Part shown: piece by piece, positions 1 through 11,528 of the stretch
Layout of the letters: the number at the start of each line of letters is the position of its first letter
Numbering within the stretch: position 1 is the stretch's first letter
Assembly (NCBI GenBank): GCA_977017645.1
Contig: OZ360235.1
Location: 62,372,001-62,436,000 of the forward strand
Origin: Torpedo marmorata
Lineage: Eukaryota
DNA length: 64,000 nt
Direction: 5' to 3'
Notes under the pieces: model-generated
Told to the model about the DNA's origin: nothing
The model's database searches: none
Seen by the model: only the letters and a program-made list of their open reading frames with translations
Made by a program: the position numbers and the translations under genes

Positions 1-284
1 CATAGTCCATTAAGATTAAATTAAGTCTCTACTCTTACTTGAGCAACTGAGTATCACAGAGTCGTAGATCACATTCACCTCCCCTCTGGGAGATGAATTC
101 AGATTCAATCCAAACTGTGAAAGTTATCTGTCCCAAAATAAACACAATCACCTTTTCTTTGGGTCATTAAGTAAATCATGCAATCAAAATTATTATTTTT
201 TAACTGAAGGATGGAGCGACAACAATGTCAAAATGAAGTCCGTGGTCTTCTTTCCCTTTCCTCTTCCATTGTGCTCTGTGGTGA

Positions 285-790
285 GTAACTTCGCTCCTGA
301 TGCCCCAAAACCTTTCCACCAGCTACAAGGCACAAGTCTGGTATGTGATAGAATATTCTCTGCTTAACTGAATGAGTGCAGATCTAACAATTCTCTGGAA
401 GCTCAAAATCATCCAAGACTGATTATTACCCCATACTCCATCCTGAACGTTCATTCCTTTCACCACTGGCTGCAGCGTGTACCGTCCACAAAATGTGCTG
501 CAATTACTCATCTGGACTATTCTGACAGCACCTCCCAAATCCACAATCTTTATCACCAAGAGGAATGAGGGATTCAGGTGCATGAGGGCACTACCATCTG
601 CTGGTTCCCCTCCAAGTCCCACATCATGCTGACTTGGAAATATATTACCCACCTTCATTATTACTGCATCTAGATCACTCCCACAACACTGAGGACTGCA
701 GTATTCAAAGACAGTGACTCACTACTAACCACTCAAAGATAGTTCAGAACAGGCAATAAAAGGTGGCTTTCCTGGTGTTGCCCCTTCCCA
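285..790 (+). mobile_element. Old L2/CR1-group LINE 3' fragment
   Basis: Degenerate RT C-terminus (YKAQV...EYS) followed by a 3' tail with AATAAA near 755. The same family appears on the minus strand at about 29200-29520, 45100-45570 and 54900-55110. Confidence 0.6.
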
Positions 791-2126
791 AGAAAAATAG
801 CTTTGAACTTTATCTGTAAAGTCTATGAACTGATTTGCTTTTTAAACATGATCAATTTGTCCTTCATCTTCCAAGATTACACACACTTCCAGATCTCTCT
901 GAATCTGAAATGTCTTTAAAATTGTGATATCTGGTTTACCGTATATACTCGTGTAAAAGTCGATTTTTTAGACCATTTTTTAACGTTAAATTTATGGGGT
1001 CAACTATTACACTTTTGGATACTACTTTTTTTTTGAAAACATATAATCATACAAATTCAAAGGAGAAACAAGCAAATGAAACTACATTAACCAGTTCCCA
1101 AGTTTAAATATAGAACAAGTTATGAATATGTTATAAATTCATGTTAATACTCATATTCCAAATTATTGGCTAAAATATAAAATGTAAAAAAAATTCAAAA
1201 AAAATAATTCTAAAAGCTAATTCTAATCTAACCCCTCCCTCTATAAGAGGTTACCTTTATAACAAAGAGAAAAGAGAAAATGGATCAGATAGCGATCTCC
1301 AGATCTCGGACAGAGAATCCTCGGAACATTCACGTTTACTAATTCTTCCAATCATGATAGTATTCTATAAATGGGCCCCATATCTTTAGAAATTGAAACT
1401 TTCTACCTTAATATTATATCTAATTTTCTCCAAGCTCAGATAAGACATTACATCCTGTAACCACTGTCTATGTATCGGTGATGAATCGTCTTTCCATTTC
1501 AATAAAATTGCTTGTCTGGCTATCAACGTGGAAAAGGCTAGAACTTTCTCCTGAGATGCAGACAGAAGTATATTTGGTTCACGTGAAAAACCAAACAAAG
1601 CAATTAACGGACATGGTTCTATTTTAATCTTAAAAATCGTCGATAAAGTTTGAAAAATATCTTTCCAAAATCTCTCTAAATTTGGGCATTCCCAATACAT
1701 ATGAATCAGTGAGGCTTCAAAAATTTTACACTTCTCACATGGTGGATCAATATCTGCATAAAAATGAGATAATTTAAGTTTAGACATATGGATTCTATGT
1801 ACCACCTTAAATTGTAATAAACAATATCTTGCACAGAAAGAAGAGGTGTTAATCAAGCTAAGAGTATGATACCAGTCTTCGTCTGAAAATGTTATATTTA
1901 AATCACATTCCCAATCATTCTTAATCCCTGCCATAGGCACTGATCTTATATCCAATAAATCATTATATATGCATGACGTTAATCCACACTGAAAAAAGAA
2001 CCGTAAGTTAAATAATGAATCGAGAAAATTAGTATTTGAAATTTGAGGAAAATCTGATAATTTAGACTGAACAAAATGTCTAATTTGTAAATATCTAAAA
2101 AAAATGTCTATTAGAAAGATTAAATT

Positions 2127-4087
2127 AAATTAGTTTGTTTACAGGTGATATATTGATATATATGACAAAATCTATTACATCTTTAATACAATTGTCTATT
2201 TTATTGAGAGAATATGGGGAAATATCTGGATATAAAATTAATTCTGATAAAAGTGAAATTATGGCATTATCACAAGGGGATTATAGTAGATGTAAAGAAA
2301 TTACACAATTTAAATGGGCAAAGGAAGGAATTAAATATTTTGGAGTAAGGGTTGATACAAAATTGGCTAATTTATATAAATTAAATTACCTACCATTATT
2401 TGTGAAAATAAAGAAAGATTTAGAAAATTGGAAAGATTTACCTATAACTTTAATGGGAAGAGTAAACTGTATTAAAATGAATATTTTTCCAAGAATTCAA
2501 TATCTTTTTCAATCAATTCCTTATGGAATTCCTCAAAAAAATTTTAAAGATTTAAATTCAATTATTAGGAAATTTTTATGGAAAGGAAAGTTAGCAAGAG
2601 TAGGTATGGAAAAATTAACTTGGAATTATGAAATGGGTGGCTTACAACTTCCTAATTTTCAAAATTATTATAAAGAAGCTCAATTAAAATTTGTTAATGA
2701 ATTTTTTGATTCAACTAAATCTCTTGCTTGGATTAAAATAGAATTAAATAATATAGGTGATGACTCCAAAGAAGAAATTATTTATAAATGGGATTCTAAA
2801 TTAATATCAACAAGAAAGAAAAATTCGCCTATTTTTAAACATTTGTTAGAAATATGGAACAAGACAGATAAGGAAATAGGTGGAAAAGGATTGATTTCTT
2901 CAAGGATGCCTTTATATCAAAATGGACTTATTCCATTTACTGTTAATAATCAATTATTTAAAATTTGGTTTCAAAAAGGTATTAAAAAGATTAAAGATTG
3001 TTTTGAAGCTGGGAAATTTATTACTTTTCAGAGAATGAAAGATAAATTTAATATATCAGATAATACACTTTTTGCTTATTATCAAATTAGAGCTTTTTTG
3101 ATTGAGAAATTAGGTTATGCTTTGATTTTACCAAGACAAAATGAATTAGAATTATTAGTTACTAATGGAGATGTTAATAAATTTATTTCTCAAATGTATA
3201 AATTGTTTCAGAGGAAATTGCCTAAAATAGGATTACATAAATCAAGATTAAAATGGGAATTAGATTTGAATGTAAGAATAGATGAAAATCATTGGAAAGA
3301 ATTATGTAAATTCAGTATGACGAAGATTATTAATGTTAGATACAGATTAGTACAGTATAATTTTTTTCATCAACTATATTTAACACCTAAAAAATTAAAG
3401 AAATTTAATCCGACATTATCAGGTTTATGTTTTAGATGTAATAAAGAAGAAGGTTCTTTTGTACATTCTACATGGTTTTGTCCAAAAGTTTATGATTTTT
3501 GTTTGAAAGTTAAAAAATTTTTAGATAAAGTATTTAAAATTACATTCCCAATGGATCCTATGATATTTTTGTTTGGAGATATTAGAAAATTTAGTATTAA
3601 GATGAAATTAAATATGTATCAAATAGAATTTTTACGAATTGCTTTAGCTGTTTCAAAAAAATGCATTGCTATTACTTGGAAATCTGATTTAGATTTTGGA
3701 TTAGAAAGATGGCATGCAGAACTTCGTTCGTGTATACCACTTGAAAAAATTACTTATAATTTACGTAATAAATATCATTTTTTCTTAAAAATTTGGAGCC
3801 CATATATGAAAGCTGTTGGTTTAAGGATTTGAAGATCTCTGGATATCGGATCTACTGGCACACTTGACCTCCATAATAGAATTAGTTTATAGATGGCATT
3901 CCCCTTACTTTATCTTTCTCTTTTTTATTCTTTTTACTTTTTTTAAATTATTAGATTAGTGGGGGTGGGGGGTTGGGGAGGGGAGGGAGGGAGGGGGGGA
4001 GAAAATGTATCACAAATAATTTGATAATTTTATATTCTATTTTATGTATTTTGTGATTAAAAATTTTAAATAAAATATTTTAAAAAA
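2127..4087 (+). mobile_element. 5'-truncated L1 (inner, younger)
   Basis: 14-bp TSD agaaagattaaatt at 2113-2126 and 4088-4101. 3' UTR with a G-tract, AATAAA and a short A tail. Confidence 0.92.
2135..3832 (+). CDS. L1 ORF2 C-terminal 565 aa (end of RT through CCHC zinc knuckle), N-terminally truncated
   Basis: Motifs SGYKINxxKSE, GRVNCIKMNIFPR, GGLQLPNF, CFRC...H..WFC and KIWSPY. No stop codon. Starts at the YADD-equivalent position, which here reads FTGD. Confidence 0.85.
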   Translation: MFTGDILIYMTKSITSLIQLSILLREYGEISGYKINSDKSEIMALSQGDYSRCKEITQFKWAKEGIKYFGVRVDTKLANLYKLNYLPLFVKIKKDLENWKDLPITLMGRVNCIKMNIFPRIQYLFQSIPYGIPQKNFKDLNSIIRKFLWKGKLARVGMEKLTWNYEMGGLQLPNFQNYYKEAQLKFVNEFFDSTKSLAWIKIELNNIGDDSKEEIIYKWDSKLISTRKKNSPIFKHLLEIWNKTDKEIGGKGLISSRMPLYQNGLIPFTVNNQLFKIWFQKGIKKIKDCFEAGKFITFQRMKDKFNISDNTLFAYYQIRAFLIEKLGYALILPRQNELELLVTNGDVNKFISQMYKLFQRKLPKIGLHKSRLKWELDLNVRIDENHWKELCKFSMTKIINVRYRLVQYNFFHQLYLTPKKLKKFNPTLSGLCFRCNKEEGSFVHSTWFCPKVYDFCLKVKKFLDKVFKITFPMDPMIFLFGDIRKFSIKMKLNMYQIEFLRIALAVSKKCIAITWKSDLDFGLERWHAELRSCIPLEKITYNLRNKYHFFLKIWSPYMKAVGLRI

Positions 4088-4411
4088 AGAAAGATTAAAT
4101 TTGGCTACCAATTGTTCAAAAGAAGCGAAGTTATCTCGAATAAAAAGATCATTATAACTATGAATTCCCTTTCTATACCATTCCTTAAATCCTGCGTCCA
4201 ACACGGACGGCTGGAAAAGGTGATTATAATAGGACTAGCCAGAGAAAAACTGTTAAAACTAAAATATTTTCTAAACTGAACCCATATTCTCAACCTATAT
4301 CTCAATAACGGATTATGAGTTAATTTGGAAACGGATAATGGTAAAGAGGATCCCAAGATTGCTGACATAGATGTCTTGGATACTACTTTTGACCCCAGTA
4401 AATACCTGCAT

Positions 4412-4690
4412 CGTTCGAGGCGTTGGGAGCTCCGATGGGCGAGCGGCGGCAGGGACTGGGTGGTAAGTCCACGTTTGAGGTGTCAGGAGCTCTGATGGGT
4501 GGACAGCCTGGGCCTAGGCGAGAATCCGTGGTCGAGGCATTGGGAGCTCCGATGGGCGGGCGGCCTGGGCCTAGACGAGAGTCCGCGGTCAAGGCGTTGG
4601 GAGCTCCGATGGCCAGGTGGCCGGGGCCTAGGCGAGAATCAACGGTCGACACGTTGGCAGCTCCGATGGGCGGGCGGCCAGCCGGGGCCA
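4412..4690. repeat. GC-rich ~60-bp tandem repeat (about 5 units) inside the DNA transposon
   Basis: gaggcgttgggagctccgatgggc recurs at about 60-bp spacing (4417, 4477, 4535, 4592, 4651). Confidence 0.85.
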
Positions 4691-6244
4691 AAAATAGGGG
4701 TGTCAACCTTTACATGGTATCGACTATTACACGCGTATATACGTGATAGGTCCTGTCTTCATTCTTCCTGTCAAAATATTTTCCTTCAGTTCAGTGTTAA
4801 AATTTTTGCAGACCATCCATGTTCACTTTGTATGTTAATATCTGCCTCACTTTTCATGCCATTTCTGAAATGCATGTTCTCTGAAGATCTTTGAATTAAT
4901 TCACAGTACATCCTTGGTCAGGCCATTGAAGATCAAAAAGAGCAGTGGTTTCAACACGAACCCTTAGGGGTCAGCATTGCACACTTTCCTTTAGTATTTA
5001 CAATACCAATTCATTATTCTATCTCCACATTCTATCTGTTAGCCACTTTTAGGAATGTGCAGCCCTGTCATCTCATGGGCAGCAAATTTGTTAAATCTAT
5101 TGTGTGGTATTTTATCGAAAACCCTTTATAAATCCATGCGTTAACCACCATTTCCAATTAACATTCTCCACTACTTTACCTTTCATTTATTCAGCTAGAT
5201 TTTTCCAAGTGCCATTGAATTTGGTTTCAGGTTAGTATCTCTGAAAGTTTCCCTATGCATTGATTTTTGTTTTTGTTGAACAGCCTTCAGTTGCTGTTTT
5301 ATTTTCACTTTTGCACTTGGACATTGTGTAACACTTACAGCTCTCTATCCCTTTGTCATCGCACCCATATCTAAAGAGAATTGGAAGATTGCGTATGTCC
5401 AGGGGCTCTGCCTTTTCAGCCTTTAATTCCCAAGCCACATCACATTCAGATTTGTTGAGCTTTCTACTTTGAACTCTGCCTAAATTCTCTTTGTACCATC
5501 TCTTTTTCTATTTTTATCCAACTCAATTACTCAATAGTTTCATTAAGGCATCAGCCACACCCCCTTTTGAGAAATAAAAGCAGAAAGCACTGGAAACAGT
5601 TCAGGTGGTATCTGTGGAAAGATAAACAGTTAACTTTTCAAGTCGAAGCTCAAATCCGGCTGCGCATTTTCTGTTTTCATGTCTGATTCCAGTATTTGCA
5701 GTTTTATTATTTTCAGTTTCCTCTTTAGTGAAGGTGGATGCAAAGAGGTTATATAATACTTCAGCTCTGCCCTCTACTGGTACAGTACAGGCCAAGATAT
5801 TGGACCACTTTTCCAACTCAGTGAGATCCAATATGGATCAGTAAGTCACAAACTGGCAGCTGCAATGTTTTCTGTCACATTTAACATTGCTCTGAAAAAT
5901 TGGCTGGGTACATCAGTCATCTTTCACTCGTTGGTTATGTTATTTCATGCTATATTCCTTTCGGAATGTTATGGAGGAAATTGAATCACGTTGTTCAATT
6001 TGAGCAAGAGTTAGCCGATGGCAAGTGGTCACTCCCCAAACAGCCATTTTTCTTTTAAACAATGTGCTGGAAGGGACTTCCATGCAAGGTAAGTCAGTTA
6101 TCTTTTGTGTTCAGGCCTGACCATGCATGGAATCAACCCTCCACCTTGATTCCTGACTATCACCCTCCCTACACTGTTATTGATCTATTCTCATAAACTT
6201 ATTTCCTCTAGACGCATTTTCCTTGTACATTTTAGAACCACTGC

Positions 6245-6417
6245 AGCATAGAATCAGGGCATTCAGCCCATCTAGTCTGCGCCGAACCATTATTCTGCCT
6301 AATCCCAATGACCATAGCCCTCCATACCCCTCCCATCCATGTACCTATCCAAATTTTTCTTAAATATCATAATGGAGCCCGCATTCACCACTTCAGCTGA
6401 CAGCTCGTTCAACACTT
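6245..6417 (-). mobile_element. CR1 LINE 3' end
   Basis: Reverse complement of the CR1 tail (ccatagccctccataccc...gtacctatccaaatttttctt). It matches the plus-strand copy at 14121-14320. Confidence 0.75.
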
Positions 6418-9062
6418 GGTATTTAGCTTGGTTTCTACTGCATCATGAAATTGGCATTTGTCACGAGGCTTACTTTCCATTGACTTCTGTCTCTCGTCAT
6501 CCATTAAGATCAAAGTTCATTTCTGTCCTATGGAATGTCTCCAATCTAGATCAAAACTATCTCCTTTTTGAAGGCCTTCCTTTGCTCATTAACTGTTTGT
6601 TGCTAATCCCTGATCCATTTTCAAACTAACGAAATTGGATTGCTTAGAGTTGAGAATTTTCACTAGCTCCAGCTGTCGTTTTCTTCTTTCCTGAATATAT
6701 TGGCCACAGAAATATGGTGCCCATCCTACTCCTTCTTTTGTCTATATTATTGTCACGATAGCACAGGCCTATGTGGCATTTATTGCACACCCACTCCAGA
6801 CCTAACATAATCTGACTTGGATTACCACTGATCTGATGCTTCTCTGTTATTCTTTGTTCTATTACTGGTTGCCTCCAAGTTCTCATTGTGAATTTAATGC
6901 TCACCCTCCTGCCAAATCTGTTTGAGTCCTTCCCTACATTACTAGTTCACCACACTACAAGGTCAACACTGGTGAAACCTCATTCCTCAGGGCATTTACC
7001 TCTGTTCTGGGATTTTGAAGCACTTTCTCCTACAACTTTTCTCCAGTCATATGTCAACCCCTTCTTCCTTACGATTGTTTTGTTTTACTTCATTGTGATT
7101 AAAATAAAATTACTGATGGAAGATCATCAATATGGAGAATAAAGAATCCCCATGGCTAAGTATCTGATAAAAATTAAGAGGGAAAATGATTGAGTTGTGT
7201 AATCTTTTAGCAACAAGATTTTGGCATTGGAAAATCAGATATAAATTAAACTGAAATGTATGAAATCCACTCAATCTTTCTTTTAGGCTGAACCCAACAT
7301 GGGATATAACTTTATGGTGATGGTCAAAAGAGGTAAAATAAAGCATTAAAATTTCCAAAGCCAGGTTAGTCCTTGTTGAGAGAACCTCAGGCATGTAAGA
7401 GAAGGAGTGGGAGAAGAGTGATTGAGTGTTTGGGGGGTGGAGGTTAAGAGGCAACTATAATACTAAATTTCTTAGACAATGGGAAGGAAGATTACATCTT
7501 CAGGGTTTCCACTGACAAGAATTTCAGCATATAATAGGAAATTAACAAGTGCATTAATACATACAAGTAAATGGATAAAGCTGTGGAAAATGGATATCAA
7601 TATAGTCAGGTGTGAACCTAAAAAGAAAAGAACTATGCACAGGCCGAGGAAAGGTACTAAAATAAAAAAGCTGATGGAGTGTTGTTAGTTATTTTATAAT
7701 GTATAATGGGGTAGATGTACAAGTTATGTATAGTCAGTATAGATCAGCCAGCATTTTCCATCAAGTTTTGCCCACTGTTCTAACTGGTTGGTCGCGTACC
7801 ACTTGCTGGTATCTTAATCTGCACACTTATCTGCGCATTAACAGTAGAATATTTAAAGAAATGGTAGTCCTAAGTTTAAAATTCAGTTTTCACATTGCAT
7901 TGAAAAGGCACTGTACCTTCACTGTTAAAAATTGTATTAACTGAGGGTAAGCTTTTTTATTGTTGTATCGGTCATTAAATGTGGCAACAAACCTCAGTAC
8001 ATCATCCCTTGGAATAAAATCGGAGGATGAGATGCAAAAACTAATTTTAGCCACATTTTTGAAAATAATTTTATTATTTATCTCTAATTAAAACCAACCT
8101 TTGAACACTTTGTCCCATACTATTATTGCCATAAATGTTCTGAAGCTGTGGTACCATATTTGACACCATGCTATGTACCTTAGTATAGCTGTCAATGAAT
8201 TCATTAATGGTTCTCATTGATGGGTTACATATGAGAAGTGCAAGACATTTCTACTCTTTCACCCCAGTCCTTTTGCGATAGAGTTCAATCTACCATATGC
8301 TTTCCAAATTGGAGAATCTCCATGTTAACTTCCAGTGGTCTGTGTACAAGAGCAGCAGGGGCCCTCTGAACATCAATGCCTTCTAATGTCTCACCATTCC
8401 AAGCAGAGAAATTATTTTGATTAAATTATTTTGATGTCCAAGCCAAAAACTAACCCTCAAATCATTCTCTGATTTAACAAATATAAATCATATTATCATG
8501 AATCAGAAATATCGTAGAAATTTAAAATATGGTAAGATTGATGCTTTTTTTCAAAGAATGATTATCCAATGGGTTTTAGGCATATTTTATCAGTACATGC
8601 AAAAATGGCTTTGAAGCAGAGCTTAGAAAATTTAAAGGATTTCAAGGTGCTGGCATATTTATGAAGACTGAAATGTAAAGCAGTGGCCATATTGCCAAGA
8701 GAAGGCATTTTGTGTAAGAAATTGCCGAATTGCCCTTATAACCAAGAACAGCTTCCGTTGTTCTTGGTTTCAGTCTGTATTTCTATTGGCAATGCGCCTG
8801 TGCGGTTTTAGTGCAAGGAAACCTTTGGACAGAGTAAATTGGAGCAACCTGCGGAGCAACAAATCTCTGAAGTATTTACAAAAGTTGTATTGCAGGATGC
8901 CTTCAGATCGTCACAAGAATCTGAAATACTGTTTCAATGTGCTCAGTAATTACTTTGAAACAATATTTCATTTTGCTTTTACAGAGCAGGCATCCAGGAA
9001 GAGCACACATGGTGAGGCACAAATTCATTAGATGGTATCAGTCTCTCTGAACCTTTCCTGAG

Positions 9063-10155
9063 GCACAAGAACAAAAGAAATAGATGCAGGAGTCGGCCAC
9101 CCAGTCCTTCAAGCATGCACCACCATTCATTCAGATCATGGCTATTCAACTTCAATGTCATTTTCCTGCACTATGGCCATATCCCTTTATTTCCTTAATT
9201 AGAGGAAAGCATTTCTATTTTTTCATTCCAAATTTTGTTTTTAATAAACTTAGTGACTTAGCCTCCACAGTCCTCTGGAGTAACAAATTTCAGAGATTTG
9301 CCACCCGTTGTGTGAATAAATTTTTCATCATCTCAGTTCTAAACAGGTTCCACTCTAATCTGAGGCTGAGGCCCCTGACTCCATGTGTTTCAGCTGGGGG
9401 AAAACATGCAGCCTTCTGAGCCCTGTAGGAATTGAACAAAGTTCAATGAGGTCAACTCACATTCTTATAAACTTGGGAGAAGATAGGCTTGGAGCAACAC
9501 ACAAAATGCTGGAGAGACTTTGGCAGCATCCACAGAAGGTAATAGGCAGCCAAAGCCCTTAATCAGGAATTTAGTTTCACGATGAAAGGTCTCAGCCCGA
9601 AAAGTTGACTTTCTCTTGCCTTATATGGATGCTGCCTGACCTGCTGAGTTCCCCCAGTATTTTATGTGTTGCTCCAGTTTTACAGCTTCTGCAAGTCTCT
9701 CATTTACCTAGAATACAGACTCAGTCTACTTAGTCTCTCAGAGGGCAAACCCACCAATTCTGTAACTAGTCTAGTGAATCTCCACTGCACTCCCTTTATG
9801 GCAAGTACATATGGAAACCAAAAATATACACAGAACTCCAGGCAGTCTCAACAAAGCCTACACAATTTCAGTAAGACTCTCTTACTCCTGTTTACAAATC
9901 ATCCTTTAATAAAGGCCAACATATCATTTGCCACTCCTCTTGCATGTTAGTTTTCAGTATATCACCCCACCTAGATTTGTTGGAGTATCAACACTACCTC
10001 ACCTTACACCGTGTCTGTTTTATGCAGCTAAGTAAATGCCCTCATATTTTTCCACATTATATTGCATCTGTCCCTCACTCAACTAGTCTACATCACCCTG
10101 AAACCTCTTTACATCTTAAGTACTCACAATCTCACCTAGTTTTGCATCATCAAAC
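9063..10155 (-). mobile_element. Degenerate CR1 LINE 3' portion, interrupted by a Penelope-derived element
   Basis: Begins with the caagaacaaaagaaatag...gcaggagtcggcca tail signature and continues into decayed RT C-terminal sequence. Confidence 0.65.
9490..9705. mobile_element. Short Penelope-derived inverted-repeat element
   Basis: acacaaaatgctggag...gcagcatcca is followed by its inverse tggatgctgcctgacctgctgagtt...tgtgttgctcca. A decayed gatga...gaaa core lies at about 9580-9605. Confidence 0.65.
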
Positions 10156-10560
10156 GTCAAATGGCTCATTACATCAAATGAAGGCACTGTTACTTCAGCG
10201 TCGGTAAAAGCACTGACATAAACCTCAGTGCTGATGGTCACAAATGAGTGACATGTTCATTAAGGTATGGGTGTGTATAATTCAAAATATAGGACCACGA
10301 GTGCAACTTTGGGGATCAAATTACTCAATAAAATATATATATATGGCTTTCCCCGGCTGCTGTTAATTGCCAAACGTTTGGAAGTTGTTTTTTACCCCTT
10401 AGTTTGGAAGTTGTTCAGGAAAACAAGACATTTCATTTCAACAGCTGAATTGATTTTGAAGAATAACTAACTGCATATGGTACTGATGAATTTGATGAAC
10501 ACAATATGCTCAGTCTGTGGAGGAGTTTGTGTGTTGGTGTGATTAGAACAGGCAATACAA

Positions 10561-10720
10561 CTACTGTAGCATCCTTCTAAGGTTTTTTTCCTCTGGTAAA
10601 ATTGTGAATAGCTTTTCTTGGAGACCCCTGAGTACTATCAAGGTTTTCCTTATTGTCTCCTCATCCTTTAAAAACCATGGCTGTTCCTTTCTGAAACCCA
10701 TGGTAATCTCGTTATATTTG
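10561..10720 (-). CDS. Candidate terminal coding exon of an unidentified 161-aa host gene
   Basis: Strong acceptor cctttgttttgccctcctttttctttAG (AG at 10722-10721). Phase 2 matches the donor at 14390. Reads (I)KYNEITMGFRKEQPWFLKDEETIRKTLIVLRGLQEKLFTILPEEKNLRRMLQ*. Confidence 0.5.
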
Positions 10721-11261
10721 CTAAAGAAAAAGGAGGGCAAAACAAAGGCCCCAGGTAACCTAAGTAACAAATGAACTTCTTCCTCCTCCATCACCCCCCC
10801 CACACACACACAAATATAGAAAACTAATGCAATATTCACAGTCTAGAATGCTTAGGGCTGCACTTTATACAGGGAATAATGCTAGCCCAGAGAGAAATGG
10901 GTAAGGAGAATCTGTACATTAGCATTTACATATACAGCCACAAGTGCTTCATGCAGGCCAGGTATCATTCTATGCAATATATTCTTCCTGACCTACAGTA
11001 CCCCGATCTGCCTCAATAAATTCCAGGTGTGGCTAACCAGTGTTTTGTATTCTTGGAGTATATCTTTAAGATTTGTCACTGCTGGTTACATTCTGCACCT
11101 GTCCATGTTTTAATAAAGTGTACAATCTTTAGGTCTCTGAATCTCCACTGTCAGCTTTTCACCATTTACAAAGTACTCTGTTCTATTTTACATCCAAACT
11201 CACTTGGTCACCGACCTACAGGAAAGATATCAATAAGATTGAAATAGTACAGATACAATTC

Positions 11262-11430
11262 CCTGGAGAATGAGGGAAGATTTGATAGAGGTATACAAAA
11301 TTATGAGAGGTATAGATAAGGTAAATGCAAGCAGATTTTTTTTCTGCTGAGGTTGGGTGAGACGAGAACTAGAGGACATGGGTTAAGGGTGAAATGTTTA
11401 AAGGGAACATTAGGGGGAACCTCTTCAACT
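11262..11430 (+). mobile_element. CR1 RT C-terminal fragment
   Basis: Encodes MREDLIEVYKIMRGIDKV...TRTRGHGL, a typical CR1 C-terminus. Confidence 0.75.
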
Positions 11431-11528
11431 CTTTTCTGTTCATCAACCAATCCTCAATCCATTTGAGTATATTGAGCCTAATCCCATGTGCTCTAATTTT
11501 GTTTAATAACCTCACATTTGGCACATTA

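Larger units (their letters stand above)
1030..4375 (-). mobile_element. 5'-truncated L1 (outer), ORF2 C-terminal half, interrupted by a second L1
   Basis: TSD ttggatactactttt at 1015-1029 and 4376-4390, with the poly-A seen as a T-run at 1026-1034. ORF 1386-1955 carries the L1 zinc knuckle CEKC...H...WEC and the LLQFKVVHR motif. The peptide FASFEQLVAKFNLSNRHFF reads through once the inner insert is removed. Confidence 0.9.
939..4743. mobile_element. Non-autonomous TA-flanked DNA transposon (Tc1/mariner-pogo-like) hosting two nested L1s
   Basis: Left end TA|ccgtatatactcgtgtaaaagtcga (939-963) is the inverted repeat of tcgactattacacgcgtatatacg (4720-4743), 22/24 match. The right terminus is imperfect. 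Its own body is only about 450 bp once the L1s are removed. Confidence 0.7.

Noticed and set aside
4383-4894. Overlapping 107-131 aa ORFs
   Set aside because: Products of the GC-rich 60-bp tandem repeat inside a transposon.
5349-5361. 13-nt match to miR-204/211 (tccctttgtcatc)
   Set aside because: No star arm or precursor hairpin; the match ends early.
5339-5370. Minus-strand 32-nt exon with GTAAGT donor
   Set aside because: It lies amid decayed LINE-like sequence and has no phase-compatible partner.
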